62,000 nt of DNA from Wallemia ichthyophaga EXF-994 (GCF_000400465.1 NW_008806281.1:144001-206000); one strand, 5' to 3'. Counted from the first letter of the stretch, positions 33,316 through 49,542 are shown. Numbers and translations are program-made. The notes: generated from the sequence alone by a model not told the origin.

Positions 33316-34675
33316 CTAAGCTTCTTCGATTCCACCGACACCCAGTGCATATGTAGCTTCAGTTTCCTAGACAATATGAGCTTAATAATACATCGCCTCA
33401 TTATACTTACAGGTAAGTCTGGTGAATCTGACAACTTTGCAATGCGCTCGTTGCCTCTGCCTTTGCGAAGATAGATGCGTGTTGTGGATGCATGACCGAG
33501 AACGTGACCCCCGACAGGTTTTTTGTCGGCTGCTGCAAATGTCGTCATGGCGCCAGGATCAGCTTGTACGTGATTAGAGATAAGAATCGCGACGTTGAAT
33601 TCTTCAGCGAGTCTAATCAGACGTGTCAAATGCTATTATGCGACTACGTCAGCTTTGAACCACTAATCAGACTAACGACGCACCTGATTCAGTTTTTGCT
33701 GGCGCTCAGAAAGTTCCCCTCGGCCGCTGTAATCGGTTCTGAATAGCGCAAGAATCGAGTCGACAACGACCAGCTGAGAATCATGTCAATTTGCTACGCT
33801 AGCTTGTAGCTTTACTCACTCTGTAGATGCCACCCTCGTCAGCCATTTTAGCTGCCAGAGTGTTCAGCAAGTCCATCTGTCTACTCAAGGTAAGAGTTTA
33901 CATTAAATTAAGAGTCGCACATACTGCTCTGAATTGAATGCGCGCGCAACAGTGATATTATCAAGAGCTGCCTCCTCATCCATGTTAAATCTTGCCGCAA
34001 TTGACCTGATCCTGTCTGGACGGAAAGTGCCTTCGGTGTCAATGTAGGCAGCTTTACCACTAGCGCCGCCCATGTCTTGGGGCAACTGAACAGTAACGCA
34101 AGCAGTGTGGCAGAGTTGAGTTTTTCCTGTTCTGAATTCACCATATACCTCTGTTATGGCTTGTGATTGAACACCTGCTATACAGGTGGTGAGTATAGGT
34201 GCGAAAGACGACCAAACGCACCCCCAAGAATAGCGTCGAATGCTTTCGAGCCAGTGGAGATGTTGCATATGCTTTCACGCTTCTTAGCGACCTCTGCAGC
34301 GGTTAAGAAACCAGTCTTTGAGCACTTCTGAGCGGCTTCCTTGATCTTCTCGACTTTAACCTCGGAAAGACCCTAGCTTGATTGTGAGTATGTAGATAGC
34401 AGTTAGTATTGAAGCTATCTGCCTTGATTTTGAGCAATTGACGACGAGTAACTTGCAAAACGGCCATAACGGTGCTAATTCCGCCGTTGCGCAGTTTAGT
34501 GATATCAGCAGCATTGATATTGTACTGCTGGAGCGTATCAATGTGATCAAAAGTAGTCTCTGGTGCTTGCTAAGAGATGAGCGTTAGAGATGGAGATGAC
34601 TAGAGATCTTCAAAGATGCTCTACATTTTCATTAAGAACTTCTGATTGGTCAACGACTGAAGGTGTTTGTGACAT
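33316..34675 (-). CDS. DMC1: Meiotic recombinase Dmc1, 7 introns
   Basis: [45 protein letters not shown] and QADPGA, which are Dmc1-type rather than Rad51 (ARQMHL); [15 protein letters not shown]. Confidence 0.92.
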
Positions 34676-34745
34676 GCTTTGAATAATTTATTTCGTTTTG
34701 TTGGTGGACGTTGGTTATAAACCTCCTCAGAAATATACATCGAAC

Positions 34746-36329
<1,584 letters not shown>

Positions 36330-36419
36330 ATATAAAATCTGATTATGATTAAGTTATATGTGTATAAAATACAATAAATAATGCAAAAGTTAGCTTTCTA
36401 TATATATGGTACGTAAAGG

Positions 36420-37224
36420 CTAGGATTGACCATTTGTTTGCCTATATTCTTTCAGTATTTGATGCACGGCAACAGAGTTTCGAATGTTTTCATCAGCGAG
36501 CTTCTCAAAAGCTTCCGTGACGCGTTTATATGCTGCTTCTAGATCCGCTGTTCTGGTGGTAGTGTTGTTGGGAAGATTGAATTGACTTGAATAATTATCA
36601 TCATCATCGAAACCTCTCATACTCATTCTAGCAGGCGGTCGTTGTGGGTAGCCTTCTTGGGAATATGACGGGCTAGCTGAATGATTCATGTAGTCATCCA
36701 AAACAGATTCAGTCTGTCTGTCTCTATCTTTCATTTTGAGTGTATCTCGTCGATTGTCGATATCATCAAGTGCTTTTTCTTCTTCAGTATCGGTGACTTG
36801 ATCAAGCTCCTTTCGCACACGCTTAAACCAAAGCGGATCGGCGTTCTTATGTGCGTCTTTGGATTTCAAGAGATTCCGTAGTACTTCAATGTCGTTGTCG
36901 CTGTTCTCTTCAAATACCTTTAATTGTTGAGTATGGCTATGGTTGCTGCTCGTACCCTCCACTTGATAGTTGAGTTGATCTCTCTGATGCTGTAAAACCA
37001 GGATACGCCTTCTCATCAAACGCTCTCTACTGTCGAATTCTTGTAGAGTATCTCTTACGAGGACTGCAAGATTTTTAAGCTCGTTTGCATTAGGATAATC
37101 TGAGCGTGATTGGGTTAGTTGATTTGTGGGTAAAGCTTATTAACGTACTAGCGAAATTATTCTTTAAAATTTCAATCTCCTTGCGAAGGTTGCTGTTCTC
37201 CTCAATCACTCTCTTTATCTCCAT
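36420..37224 (-). CDS. Hypothetical coiled-coil protein, 1 intron
   Basis: ATG 37224 MEIKRVIEENSNLRKEIE.. splices (GTACGT..CTAAC..CAG) in frame into ORF 36420-37019. Confidence 0.65.
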
Positions 37225-37268
37225 TTGTTATGATGTGATGATGGAAAAGGTGGAACAAGGGAATATGT

Positions 37269-38822
37269 TCAGCTCATAACCATAACCTCTGCATAAATAA
37301 CAAAGAATCCTACCAAAGCTGTTATTATCAGTGGAAATATGTTCATCCACAAAAACTGCAGACGCGCTATCCTGATTCCTTTTGATTTCAGTATCTTATC
37401 CCATAGTAGCCCCGCTAAGCTAGCCGAGAGCGTGAATGAGTATGCACCAATATTGCTTCCGAAAGCTATACCGAGCATCCCTGCACGTACTGTTTTTGGA
37501 TTCCTGCTCGACTGAACGAGAACTTGGGACATAAGCACAGTTGCACCGATGTTAGTGCTGCCATTGCACAGCACTATCTCTATCAAACCCAATACCCACA
37601 CTGCCCGTAAAGTATCATCACCTATTGCTTTCTGTGCCCAACTGGCAAAGATGTCTATCCAGCCAACTGCTTGCAATGAGTTGACGAGAATGAATTGTGT
37701 GATGGCAAATGGTATAAGGGCGAATGGCAGACGGCTACCAACTGTCAACACGGTAGGAAATGACAGGTTGACAGTTCGCAGCCACCCAATCCTCTTCTCC
37801 ACCTTGCTCTTGAATTTGGCATGATGGCGCCAGTCATGTACCAGGTCTCTAACAAAGACAACGAATGCAGCGGGTATTGTAATCCAACAAACATGCATAC
37901 CTTCAATCAAAACGCTGCAAATGACCAATGAAACCAGTGTTGCTGTTAATATCACGCTGCTAAAGATTGCCCCAGTTCTATCAATCAAGACACTGCGAGG
38001 ATTGACCTCAGGTGCGCTCAAGCGAGAAGGGATATACACTTCGTTATCATCACGACTGAGTAATTTGTTGTATGGTGAGAATTGAATGAACAAAACTCCT
38101 AGCAATGCTATTGCAGAGAAGAAGACTGGTAAAATGAGATAAAGCGCGTAAGTGAGGAAGCTAGTAGAAGTTGTAGACGTTAAAACTAAATTGGTTGGAT
38201 TCGAAGGTGGGAGTACTGCCGATGCTAAGTTCGCCGCTGTGAACTGAGAGAACAGAAACGCGATTGGTGGATGGAGTCCAGTAACTCTAGTAAAGTAAGC
38301 CAGAAATGCCGTTCCACTTAATATAACTGGATCCTGTAAATATACACATAAGCGTCTGCCGAGATAAGGTCAAGAGCACTTACATTCCCGACGAACGTGG
38401 CTAGAAAGATAAAGAAGCAATAAAAGTAAGCATATAAAGCGTATCCAGAGTTTTTGCCTTTATTTGATACCCAAAATGCAAGATACTGGAGTAATCCCGT
38501 TGCATCGAGCGATAACGCAATATAAGCCTATGAAATCATAAGCTTTGATAGTACAAGGAATGCAATCAATAAACCTCACCAGTGACAAGAACAGTAGGAG
38601 AATATCATACGGCCTTAGATGAGTCTCATCGCCTACGAAACCGTATTTCAACTGCTCTCCACCGATGCACCTGCTAGCCAATAGCACGATGATGCAGAGA
38701 ATTGGAACGGTGTGAAGGTTTAAATAGATGCTGAAATTGTTGAAATTGATTTTGAATGGCTTCAGTGTAAAGAAATTGCTAATCAAGAAGAAGATTATGG
38801 TCACTATAGCCTCATACCTCAT
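37269..38822 (-). CDS. ArsB/NhaD-like (arsenite/anion) membrane transporter, multi-exon
   Basis: Hydrophobic multi-TM protein; LRPYDILLLFLSL, NDPVILSGTAFL, LCNGSTNIGATVL, AFGSNIGAYSFTLSASLAGLLW. Confidence 0.8.
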
Positions 38823-38972
38823 AGTTAAGCATGAAGGGACAGTCACGAACACAACGTCAAACTTGAAGTTACAATGCAGAAATTTAAAATTCATGCTAGC
38901 TAGAATACTATCGAGATATGCTAAAAAAAGAAAAAGAAAGTAAATCAGACATGTAAGATTAAAACTTGGTTT

Positions 38973-41900
38973 CTATGACAGCAAGAAACCTTTGCCTTCA
39001 CTCATTGCTATCGTAAGCTTTTGCTTCAATACATCCTTGTCGCTGTAATCGGGCAGCTTGAGATAATTGGCGCAAGTCATAACACTAGGAAGCGAGTCGT
39101 CCGCTTTGTACCCAGCTTCTGGCGACTTGCGAACGACAGTGAGCTGAGGATGCAGTCCTCGGAAGCCTGATTCAGAGTTAGCAATTACCTTTCACAAAAA
39201 ACATACCACTGACCTCCAATTGGCAACTTGGGAGAACCAGTGAGGAATTGCAAGAAGTCTCTACGAGCGACCTTGTCAAATTCAGATAAGGCCTCAATTA
39301 ATCTACGCAATGCTGGACTGTCATTGTTGAAACCATGGTCAGCCTTGATGACTTCGCTCAACGTCTCAGTCGTCCAATCTTCATCAGCATTGCCGAACAA
39401 GCTTGTGAGCTCCTCAGGTGTGAAGATCTTCATATCTTCAACGGACAATATCTTTGAGAAACCTTCCACAAATGCATCTACTTGCTTGGTCACACCACTG
39501 ACGAGAGTCGCGTCGATCACTTTATCAATGAAATCGCCAACGTTGTCGAGAGTAACATCGACATTTTCGCCTTTTTCGACCAACTGGTATTCAGGCTGAC
39601 CTGGTAAAGTGAAGTCGAGTGCGAGGTTATCAATCTTATCAGCTATTTGACCCTTGGACAGCTCTGTTGAACCAACAATCTTTTGCACTTCCTCGATACT
39701 CTTTCCGACCAAAGGATCTACAAGCTTGACACCTGCAACTGACTTTGGAATATTCAAACCCATAACCAAATTCATGAGGAGAGGGTTAAATGATATGTCG
39801 ATAATCCTAGAGTCGAGTAAACCCTTAGCGAGGAATTGACCCAAAATTCTGAACAACTTGATCCGCTCTTCACCTCTATCTGATTCAATTTCCTTTGCTG
39901 ACATTGGCATTGGGAAAAGACCAGTCTGTGAGTAGACATATGGTGATTCTGACGAATCTGAGCTTCCTCTCCACAACTTCAAGTCTTTACGTGCGAATTC
40001 TTTACTAACCAAAGAATAGAACTCTAACGTAGGTCCCAAGCCTGTTCCGACTTCTTCAAAGTATTCGATCTCTAATATGCTTGATGAGCCACCGTACAAC
40101 TCAAATACCTTGATGGCAGACTCCAACACGTATTCCCTGGAAATTCTAACCTTTTGTCTTTGCATCCTACCTAGATGAGATGTCGTAGGATCAATTCTAC
40201 GGCTGTCTGAAGATGTGCGTGATGCCTCGTTCTGCCACTTGGTAATCAACCTTGCTGTACCCCAGCTCTGTGCTTGTAAGAAAGCGTATCGGGTCTGGAA
40301 CGTAAAAAGGAAGGGGAATGCAGTTGGCAGGTCGATTGCCCAATCAGGAAGACAGGAACTGTGTTAAAAGTTAGGATTTATTTTCTCGTCAGATACCAAC
40401 GCACCTAGCTATCAACATAGGCTCTTCAAGTTGACGATTGAGCTTAGCGGTAAGCTTGTTGTTGACAAACGTCATCTCTCCAACACCAGTTTCTTGAGAA
40501 AGAGCCGCACCAGGTTGGTTGAGCACATTGACTTCTTGTACACCTGTGCACATAGCATGGAGAACTCTAAGAAGTTGAAGAATGAGAGCATGCTGAGAGT
40601 CTTGAGCGACAGATGCAGGAAGCTGTGACCACGTGTTTTGTACACTTTCAGACGTGATGGCGCTGATATTTGGCTTAACGTCATTCTTCTCTTTCTTAGG
40701 TACTGGTCCTTCCTTACGTCTAAATTTAAGAGTGTAGACGTTTGCGAAAACGTTTCTCGAACCAGCATCATCATTGTCATGTAGATTACTGTAGATGGTT
40801 GACCCCAGATCGACCTTTTCGCCATTCAACTCAAACTCGAGGTGGAAGTCGGTTGGCTTTGTCTTGAGTGCCGATGCGTAAGATCCTTTTGGTTTTGCTT
40901 CCTTGGTACCTTCTGAAGACTCAGGCTTCTTGGAGCTAGATTTGGATGACTTTCTCGCACTCGGTGAAGCTTCAGAAGCAACTGCTGGAGACGGTATACG
41001 CGTACCTTCAGGAGTCTTGGCTTCAATTTCCTTGCCATCATCCTTAACATCCAAATTGATGGTTTTCTCCTGGCCCAGTCTACCTTCACCCACCATGTCA
41101 GCTTCCATCTCATCGTCATACAACTCATCATCAAATTCATCAACGAATTCGCCTGCAAACGGATCATTTCTATCATTTTCATCCTCATCATCCTCGTGTT
41201 CATCATCATCCTCTTCCATAGCACGAAGCTCCTCCTCATCGATATCATCCTCGTCATCTTCGTAATTATCCTCATCATCCTCATCACCTTGGGCCGATTC
41301 CTTGCCCTTTCCTTTTGATTTGCTTTCCTGGTTTGATGCTGTCGGTGTACCAGACAAATCTTCCTTGGAGCTGCGACGGCTACTGCTCTTACTACTTCCC
41401 TCCTTTTTGTCCTTATTTTCCTTCTTGCTGGAGTTCGGTGAAGATGCATCTGCTTCTGGAGGAGGAATGCCGGTTGCGGCGGCAAACGCGGCAAGCACAC
41501 CAGAGAGTCTTGATGAACCACTACCACCTTTACCTGAAAGTCCATTAATGATTCTAGGACGTAAATAGTCGTTTAGAATTTGGAAGGTTGCAATAGCGTG
41601 AACAGAGACGACCATGGTAGGTTGCACCTTGCTTAACTCTGGATCATCAGCCACCAAACGCAGTCTGACTTGACGACTAAGTGCTGAGATCGGGCTACGG
41701 CGACTATCATCACCAAGATTTGATCCAACTGTGCTGACAGAAAATGGTTCCAATCTGCTGAGCGATTCTTGAAGACGTTTAACCAGAGATAACAGAGCAG
41801 ATGGCGAGCCAGGAATTTGTGATCGTCTACTTGAAAATATTTCAATTACTAATTTATGTCTGAGTGCTGTAGGAAGAGAATCGGTATTACCAGTAATGAA

Positions 41901-44670
41901 CGCGAGCAGACCCTCAATCAATCCACTGCGGAGTAACTCAAAGCTAGACATGCTATCTTCACGAGTAAACCAATTGCCAAGCTTCTGCAGTGTTTCCTCT
42001 ATCTGTTCAGCAGGTGTAGTTGAGGATTTGAGACCTTGAACCATCTCACGAATTTCTGCAAGCGCAACTTTGGCATCATCGTAAGTTTCAGCACCATTTT
42101 GTTCCTCCAACTTTGCGAAGATTTCCTTCAGTGCCCTAGCTCTGGCAATAGCTGCATCAGATGGATTTACATTCGAAGCTCTATCGAGGCTCGCAGGTGA
42201 TGCGGTACCCGCAGCTGCTGAAGCAGCAGCGCTACCGGCAGCCAAGTAAGATGCGAGTCTGTTGGCTGGATTACCAGTTCCAAGACTAAGGAAACCTGGT
42301 GATGACTCAGCTTGCGGTATGTCAACTCTAAGGGCTCTTGCGAGGTTGGAAACAGGATCACCACCAAGTGGACCCTCGTCTCTTTCAGCCGTTGAGTTAG
42401 GCTCGGTCTGTTTCTCCTTATCGTCCTTTTCTGAGTTGAGCTTGTCATCGGCAATAACCTCAATCTCGTACATAACACCTTGGCGTCTGAGTGCTGAGTG
42501 ATAGACTTCAGGTAACTTGTTGACGAGAAGCTCAACGAGCTGAAGAGCACCAGTAACCAAGTTAGGGTTATCGCGTGAAGAAAGTATACCTCCAATAAAG
42601 CTAGCCATTGGAATAAATCTGAGTAGGTTCTGTAGTTCAGGTTCCTCTGCAAAGCTGACTATTTTGAGAAGACCAGCTAGTGCTTTACTGCGGACAGGTA
42701 AAGAGACAGATGCAGCGAAAACTTCCACAAATACGGGAAGCATAAGAGACATAAAGCGATCGATTGAAGCTGGGTTAGAGCGGAGACATTCAATGCGGTT
42801 ACGCATTGCTTCTTGACGTGTGGCCTCTCTCTGTCTGGTACGGTTGACAAGGCTTGGCGGTGCATGACTTTCAACCTCTTCATTTGCTCGTGAGCTCTCA
42901 TCTTGGCCTTCACCTGTTTTGTTTACGTATGACTTGTTATCAAATACACCAACTAATGGTTCGTTAGCTAAGTTAAATAAAAGGGAGCTACTCACCAGGT
43001 ACGATGGGTGGAAGTAGCTCTAACGAAAGACTGAGAGCCTCATCGACTTGATCTTTTGGCCTGTGAGCCAAGTTTTCGAGAACGACCATATCAGCTAAAC
43101 CGCCTTCACCAGGGGCAGAACCATCTTTCATTGCTTGCGTAGTTGGATCAGTTTTCTCTGGAACGAGTACACCAGTGAGAATGTTATAAAGAGTGTCAAC
43201 AATGCTGCCATCTAACAAGGCGATGGCAGCCTTAGCACTAGCTTTGCTTGCTGATGACATGGAGCGTAGGAGTGCAGTGAAGGTGTTAATAGTGATCAGA
43301 GGCGTACCTCCTGATCCAGAGGGTAAGAGAAGGCTGACGACTGCAGTAATAAGTGTGCCATCCTCGAGTAGCTTTTCGATAAGATCAGCTTTGTTCTTGT
43401 AACTGTCAATGATACGAACGACACAAAGACAAGCTTGCTCTACTAATCTTTGATCGGAATAACCAAGAACGTCGCGTATTTTCGGAATTGCGTCGTGAAC
43501 CATATCGAAGCTGTCTGGAGGAAGAGCGCGACAGCAGTTGGCGGCAGCGGTGAGCGCAGTACGTTGGACATGGGAATTGAAAAAGTCGAGGTATTGGAGA
43601 ATCGCGGTGAGACCGCCTTCTGAGACAATTTTGTTTGGAACCTCCTGAGCGAGTTTGCCAAGAGTAGAAACAGCTTCTTCAGCGAGGTCAACGTACTGAA
43701 CATCACGTAACTTTGAGCAAAGGATAGGGATAGCGCCGTTTTGAGCAACTCTAATTGATGAGCCGGGGAGGGCTTCCATGAGATTGGCCAAACAACGGCA
43801 AGCGAGGAGCTGAGCCTCACCAACGTTGTCACCGAAGCCACCACCACCAGAAGCAGCGAGAGCGGCCATTATCTCGGCTTCCTCCTGAGCTTCAGCTGAA
43901 AGAGGTTCTTTCTTATTTGATTGATCGGTTGTAGTCGGAGGATCGCCATTCATGATTGCAATTAGTTCTTTAGAGAAAGCTTCAACCTGGAAAGAGCCAG
44001 CGAGAGTTTCTTCAGTAGAAACAGCTAAAACTTCAGCTAACTCTTGAAGAGCAATCATGAGCTGTGTACCATCACCAGAGCCTAAGGGATGAGGACGTTC
44101 GCGGAGGTGTTGGAGGATATTCTTGTAGCGTGAGGATTGACCGAAGATCAAGCCACTGAGCATTCTATAGTCAGCAAGGAGAGCGTGATCGTCTTGAGGG
44201 ATTTCATCTAGGTGGTTGTCGTCGTCGTCGTCATGGTCTAAATCCTGGTCTAAATCAAGGTCATGGTCGTTGTGTTGCTGGTTGTGATGTTGTGGAGAAT
44301 TATCAAGGTTGGGTACGTCATTGCGAGCTTCTGCAGCAGCATCAGCTTCAGCCATGAGAAGGTCATCGTCGTGGTAGGTTGAGGAGTTTCTTTGTGGATT
44401 ACGTCTGTGGTTGGAAGTGTTTGGTTGACGAGATTTCTTAGATTTTTCATTTGGAACGTTTAATTGCTTCTTATCCATTTCTTTATTAGTAGATCTGAGG
44501 TTATACTTTGATTTCTTGTTACTTGTGGTTTCAACTGGTTGCTGGCTCTTTCTCTTTGAAGAACCTGGCTGTGGATTACTGTTGCTGTTGCTGTTGTTTG
44601 TATTGCTCGATTGACTTGTAGATTGCTGTGGATAACTTGGCTTATTTGATTTATTCCTCTTTGGTGGCAT
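38973..44670 (-). CDS. UFD4: HECT E3 ubiquitin ligase Ufd4/TRIP12, multi-exon
   Basis: ARM repeats (LLACRCLANLMEALPGS), RQKVRISR..LEIEYFEEVGTGLGPTLEFY, FLQFLTGSPKLPIGG, LPSVMTCANYLKLPDY catalytic Cys. Confidence 0.95.
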
Positions 44671-45164
44671 CTGATTTTTAATTCAAGATATCCATCAAAC
44701 GATCTCAATTTCTTATTTAGCTTGTGATGGTCGTTCGAGAGAAAGATCTAATCACGCTGTATCATATAAAGACTTTTAAATGAAAATATTCTTCTTATTT
44801 ACAATACATTTTTGGCCTTTAGATCTCTGGCTTCAAGCACTGTACAGCTCAAACCCACGTTTGTCTAAATTAACCAATCTCTATAGCCCTCCTCCGTTAG
44901 CAGCAATAGCGTGTACGCTAAAGCTCCTGCAGATGCTTTTCATCTACAAAAGGGCATTATCGTCTAATCGATTCCCCCAGTGACACACCCGCTATAGTTA
45001 ACTACTCACACGCACAATTTAAAATATATGCCTGAGATAAATAAACTTATAGCTGTATTTTACTCTTTTTAAAACCTTCATTATGCTCATCGTCGTTACT
45101 ACGAAACGAGCGACAATTTCCCTTTCTCCTGGTTGAATAAAAAATCTCGTAGGTTTCGACGTCG

Positions 45165-47907
45165 ATGGATCTTGCAAATAAGAACAGCGACGAGGAAGCA
45201 CCATTGCTATCTTCCTCATCTACCTCTGAGATGTCTATCCACGATAAGATGGCCACATCCCATGTTTATCCGCTTATCTGGACAATACGCAGAGATATCA
45301 TTAGAATTATTGAAACCCCTTTTTCCTGGGAGCAGCTACAATCTCCCCATATTACTTACAATGTCGTTCAAATCCTCGCTCTCAAGTATGGTTCCTTGTA
45401 CCACCAAAATTTGGCTATTGGTGTGTGTCCATTGGTTTCCTAGCTACTTGCTCATACCCCTATAAGTCTACTGTCTTCTCGTCAATAGAGTTCACTTTAT
45501 TAGCGAGTCAAGTTCCCCGGTGTGCACATCATATTGCGTCATTTTCTCTTTCTCTAACATAGCTGCAGACCCACATGGGCGTAAATGCAACCAGAGCTAA
45601 CCTCTGTGAACTACTTGCTCTCAAAGTCCTTCGAGTCTATGCTGATAAAGCTTCTTCCAAGATTGACTTAGCCTATGTCTTAGCTGGGCCATTCAGACTC
45701 TTTCAAGGTGCTTCAGAAGACGTCGTACAGAAAGTCATCGAAGAAGAAGGTGAAGGTCCTCTCTACAAAGCCAGCAATGCACTTGAGATCGCAATAGTGG
45801 GAAATGCAAAGCGCTTTATAAAAAGTGCACATTGTCAGAAAGTTATCAATTCCATTTGGAATGGCTCTGTAGTGTATACACCTGTTAACAAACACGCCTT
45901 TATCAGTGATTACTACAAGGTAAAGCCAATCACTTTCTTCAACCCCCGTCAATCACCTCTGCTAGATCACTATCGTCTAAAAGTTCCTCGTATACGCTCT
46001 GTCATTGAATACGTCAACTTCTGTATTTTATTCGCACTATTCGTTTTTGCAATTGAGTCTAATGAGCAACATTCTTTCAATATCATCGAAATCGGCTTCA
46101 TTTTTTATGCTCTGGGTTTCACATTGGAAAAGCTGGCAAGTACACAGGAGCATGGTTGGAAAGTATACTCAGCAAATCTTTGGAATGGGTTCGATTTGCT
46201 TTTCATTATCGATTTTCTCCATTACCTCGCTTTTAGAGTGTACGGTATCTGGTATGATCATCCAAAATATTCACTTCTCGGACTCGAAGTATTATCATGC
46301 GCAGCTGCTCTGCTGTTCCCTAGGTTGGCATTTGTTACGCTATCAAACAATCTTATGATTCTGTCAATCCGAGCTCTTTTCCTCGATTTCCTCTTCCTGA
46401 TGGCACTAGCCTTCTTCTGTTTCACCGGGTTTCTCTATGCTCTCTGGACCCTCGGTAGGGGTGCGTATACTTGGGAGGAACTAGCAAAATATATGCTTTT
46501 CATCGTGAGTTGAGTTTCTTTTTTAAAGACATTTCTCAACAACAGCAGTGGTTTGGATTGGATGGGACTGGATTCACCATAGCCCCAAACCTTCATCCAG
46601 TATTTGGGCCTGTGCTAATTGTGTTATATGCGTGTATCAGCAATACGCTTTTGCTCACAGTGCTCGTCTCGATTCTGTCTACGACATTTGCGAAAATAGA
46701 TGCCGACGCCGAAGCTGAGTATATGTTCAGACAGGCGGTGCAGACTATAGAAGGAGTCAAAAGTGATGCTTTGTTCGGGTACCAGCCACCATTGAACATA
46801 TTTGCATGGCTAGTGATGGCGCCTGCGCGATGGATACTGTCCCCACGGTGGTTCCACAAGTTCAACGTTTTCATGGTCAGAGCTACTGCGGCACCCATCC
46901 TGCTTATCATCTCGCTTTATGAGAGATATGAGCCAGAGACGCTGCGTTCCGTGTTGCCCTTCTACAAGAGGATCCAAGCGATGGCGGACAAGATTGGCGA
47001 GAGCCTGCCTCGGAAACTGAAAAACCTAACTCTGCTTGAAGGGTTGGTAGGGTCTGGCAAAGATGTAGCAGCTGCATTCGAGTACCATCCCGATCAAGGC
47101 TGGGATGAAGATGAGGAGGAGGATCTCGACTTCGTTGGCAAGACGCAGTTCAATCATGACGAGGTACAGCGCGCGACTACTGTGGCACGCGAGCAGCACT
47201 ATGGCACCGAGGAGAATGAACTGCATAGACGTATGTGCGAGGAAATTGAACAGCGCAGATTGAGTCAGATACCTTCGCGTAATGTACTCTCCCCTCAACG
47301 CATACAGCAGCAGAGGTTGCGCGATGAGCTGGAAGTGCTACAGCCTGGTTTTAGCAAAAGTGTGGGCAAAGAGCCAGAGTTACCCTTTCCTCAGACGCGG
47401 ATGGAGAGCGATGACAATGAAGATGCCGTCAGTCCACTGCTTAGTCAGACCGATCCTCCACCAGGAGTAAGCAACAGGAGGAAAACAGAAGGATCAACAG
47501 TTCTACGCCCCACCACTCAAGACACGGATAATGCCAGACTGCAGCGCATCCAAAAGGGACGCCCTCGCAGAATGTCGAATGTGGAACATACCCTCAGTCG
47601 CAATATAGGCAGTCTGAACAGCCCGCTGGCCAAAGCCTTTTCAACACGGCCGATGCTTAGCGCGTATAGGAAACCACGATCACATGAGTCGAATATTGGA
47701 TCGATACTGGCTAATCCAATTCAACAAGAGGGCGCTTTACAGCCGTCACGCAAAACCAAGAGTGACAATACATCGCCTCATCCCTCTCAGAATGTTCTTC
47801 AGGATAGCACCCAGTCGGAACAGATGCATGAAAAACTATCGACTATTGATGCTCGCCAGGCGCGAATGGAAAGCATACTCGAGCGCCTAGCCAAAAGTAT
47901 CGAATGA
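45165..47907 (+). CDS. TRP-like cation channel (Yvc1/TRPY1 family), multi-exon
   Basis: ANLCELLALK, LEIAIVGNAKRF..QKVINSIWNG, NLWNGFD, FPRLAF, WFGLDGTG, NTLLLTVLVSILSTTF, PPLNI. Confidence 0.85.
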
Positions 47908-48017
47908 GCACCAGGAAATGCCAACGAGTAGAGCCTTCATGTAAACATGTGATGGTATTCATAAAGAAATTTCGTTACTTTGTCGTACGTTATACATTCC
48001 TAGTAACTTAATTCAGC

Positions 48018-49485
48018 TCATTGCTCGTTGATGATGATACTAGCTTTGCCCATTCCCGTGCCCTGAAATGCGATTAAATTGTTTCAGGTGAGAAGACATC
48101 CAACCTACAATGCACATAGAGGTACATAAAACCTTAGCACCAATTCTCTTAGCTTCTGATAAGATGGTTGCAATCTGACGAGCACCAGTGCATCCAAGAG
48201 GATGACCGAGGGCACTGCAAGTACGTTAGTATAACTAATTCGCGACATAGGCTAACGTACATGGCACCGCCGTTTGGATTGACTTTGACAGGATCTAATC
48301 CAAGTTTCTGAACGCAGTAGAGTGCTTGCGATGCAAATGCCTCGTTGATCTAGACATATCGTTAGAGTATTAAATTCACAACACCCACTCACCTCGTAGA
48401 TATCGACATCAGAGCTAGACAAACCAGCCTTTTGAAGAACCTTTGGAATAGCAACAGCTGGACCAATACCCATAATACGTGGTGGACAACCAACGTCAGC
48501 CGAAGCGACGAATTTGCCAAGAATAGGTAATTTAAGCTTCTCTGCGTTACTGCGCCTTGTGAGAACGACGGCAGCTGCACCATCTGAGACTTGAGATGCG
48601 TTGCCTGCGTGCGTACAACCATTCTGATCGAATGCTGGCTTCAGCTTGGCAAGAGTTTCCTTGGTGACGCCATCTCTGATACCATCGTCCTTGTCGATAA
48701 GTTTATGGGTACCATCTTCACTGTTGACCATGATAGGGGCGATTTCGTTAGTGAACTTGCCTGCCTTTTGAGCGGCTGCAGCTTTCTGCTGAGACTGTGC
48801 AGCGAATTCATCTTGAGCTGCGCGAGAAATACCGAAATCTTTAGCGACATTCTCAGAAGTGATACCCATTCTAAAATATTGTTAGGAGGGTTTAGAGTGT
48901 TGAAGAAAGACCCACGGAATTAGGCAATCGGCTGACTCTTGATTAGAGAGAACATCTTGGTCGAGGTTAGGTGGCATAGCGCCAGCGCCGTAGTGAGCAG
49001 TCATAGACTCAACGCCTGCACCAATACCAACGTCGATCTGGCCAGAAGCGATTTCGAGTGCGATCTGAGACACTGCTTGTAAACCAGACGAGCACTGGCG
49101 ATTAACGGTATTAATAGCTGCCGAGTGGGGAATACCAGCGTAGAGTTGGGCCATACGTGCAAGGCTGGCACCTCCACCTGGTGGCAAAACATTTCCAACG
49201 GCGATATCCTAATAAGCGAGTTAACCGGGTGAGTGATATCAGCAGTGCATACACACTTCGATAAGCTTTGGATCTAATTTGCCACGCTGGATGGATTCTT
49301 TAAAAGCGTGGGCCAGCAGTTTCTCTGGGAGAGTACCGGCTAAACCACCCTTTCTAGCCTGTGTGACGGGTGAGATATAAGTTTGGGATATGAGGAGATG
49401 GACGCACCCGAGTAATTGGTGTCCTTACAGCAGATACAATTACTACGTCATTTGCGTTCTTTGAGATTATATTTTGCTTTGCCAT
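48018..49485 (-). CDS. POT1: 3-ketoacyl-CoA thiolase (peroxisomal Pot1/ACAA1 type), multi-exon
   Basis: [62 protein letters not shown]. Confidence 0.92.
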
Positions 49486-49542
49486 CGTCGTTGTGGTTAA
49501 AGAGATGTTGGTCACGTACACCCAAGTCTGATCAATTGACTA

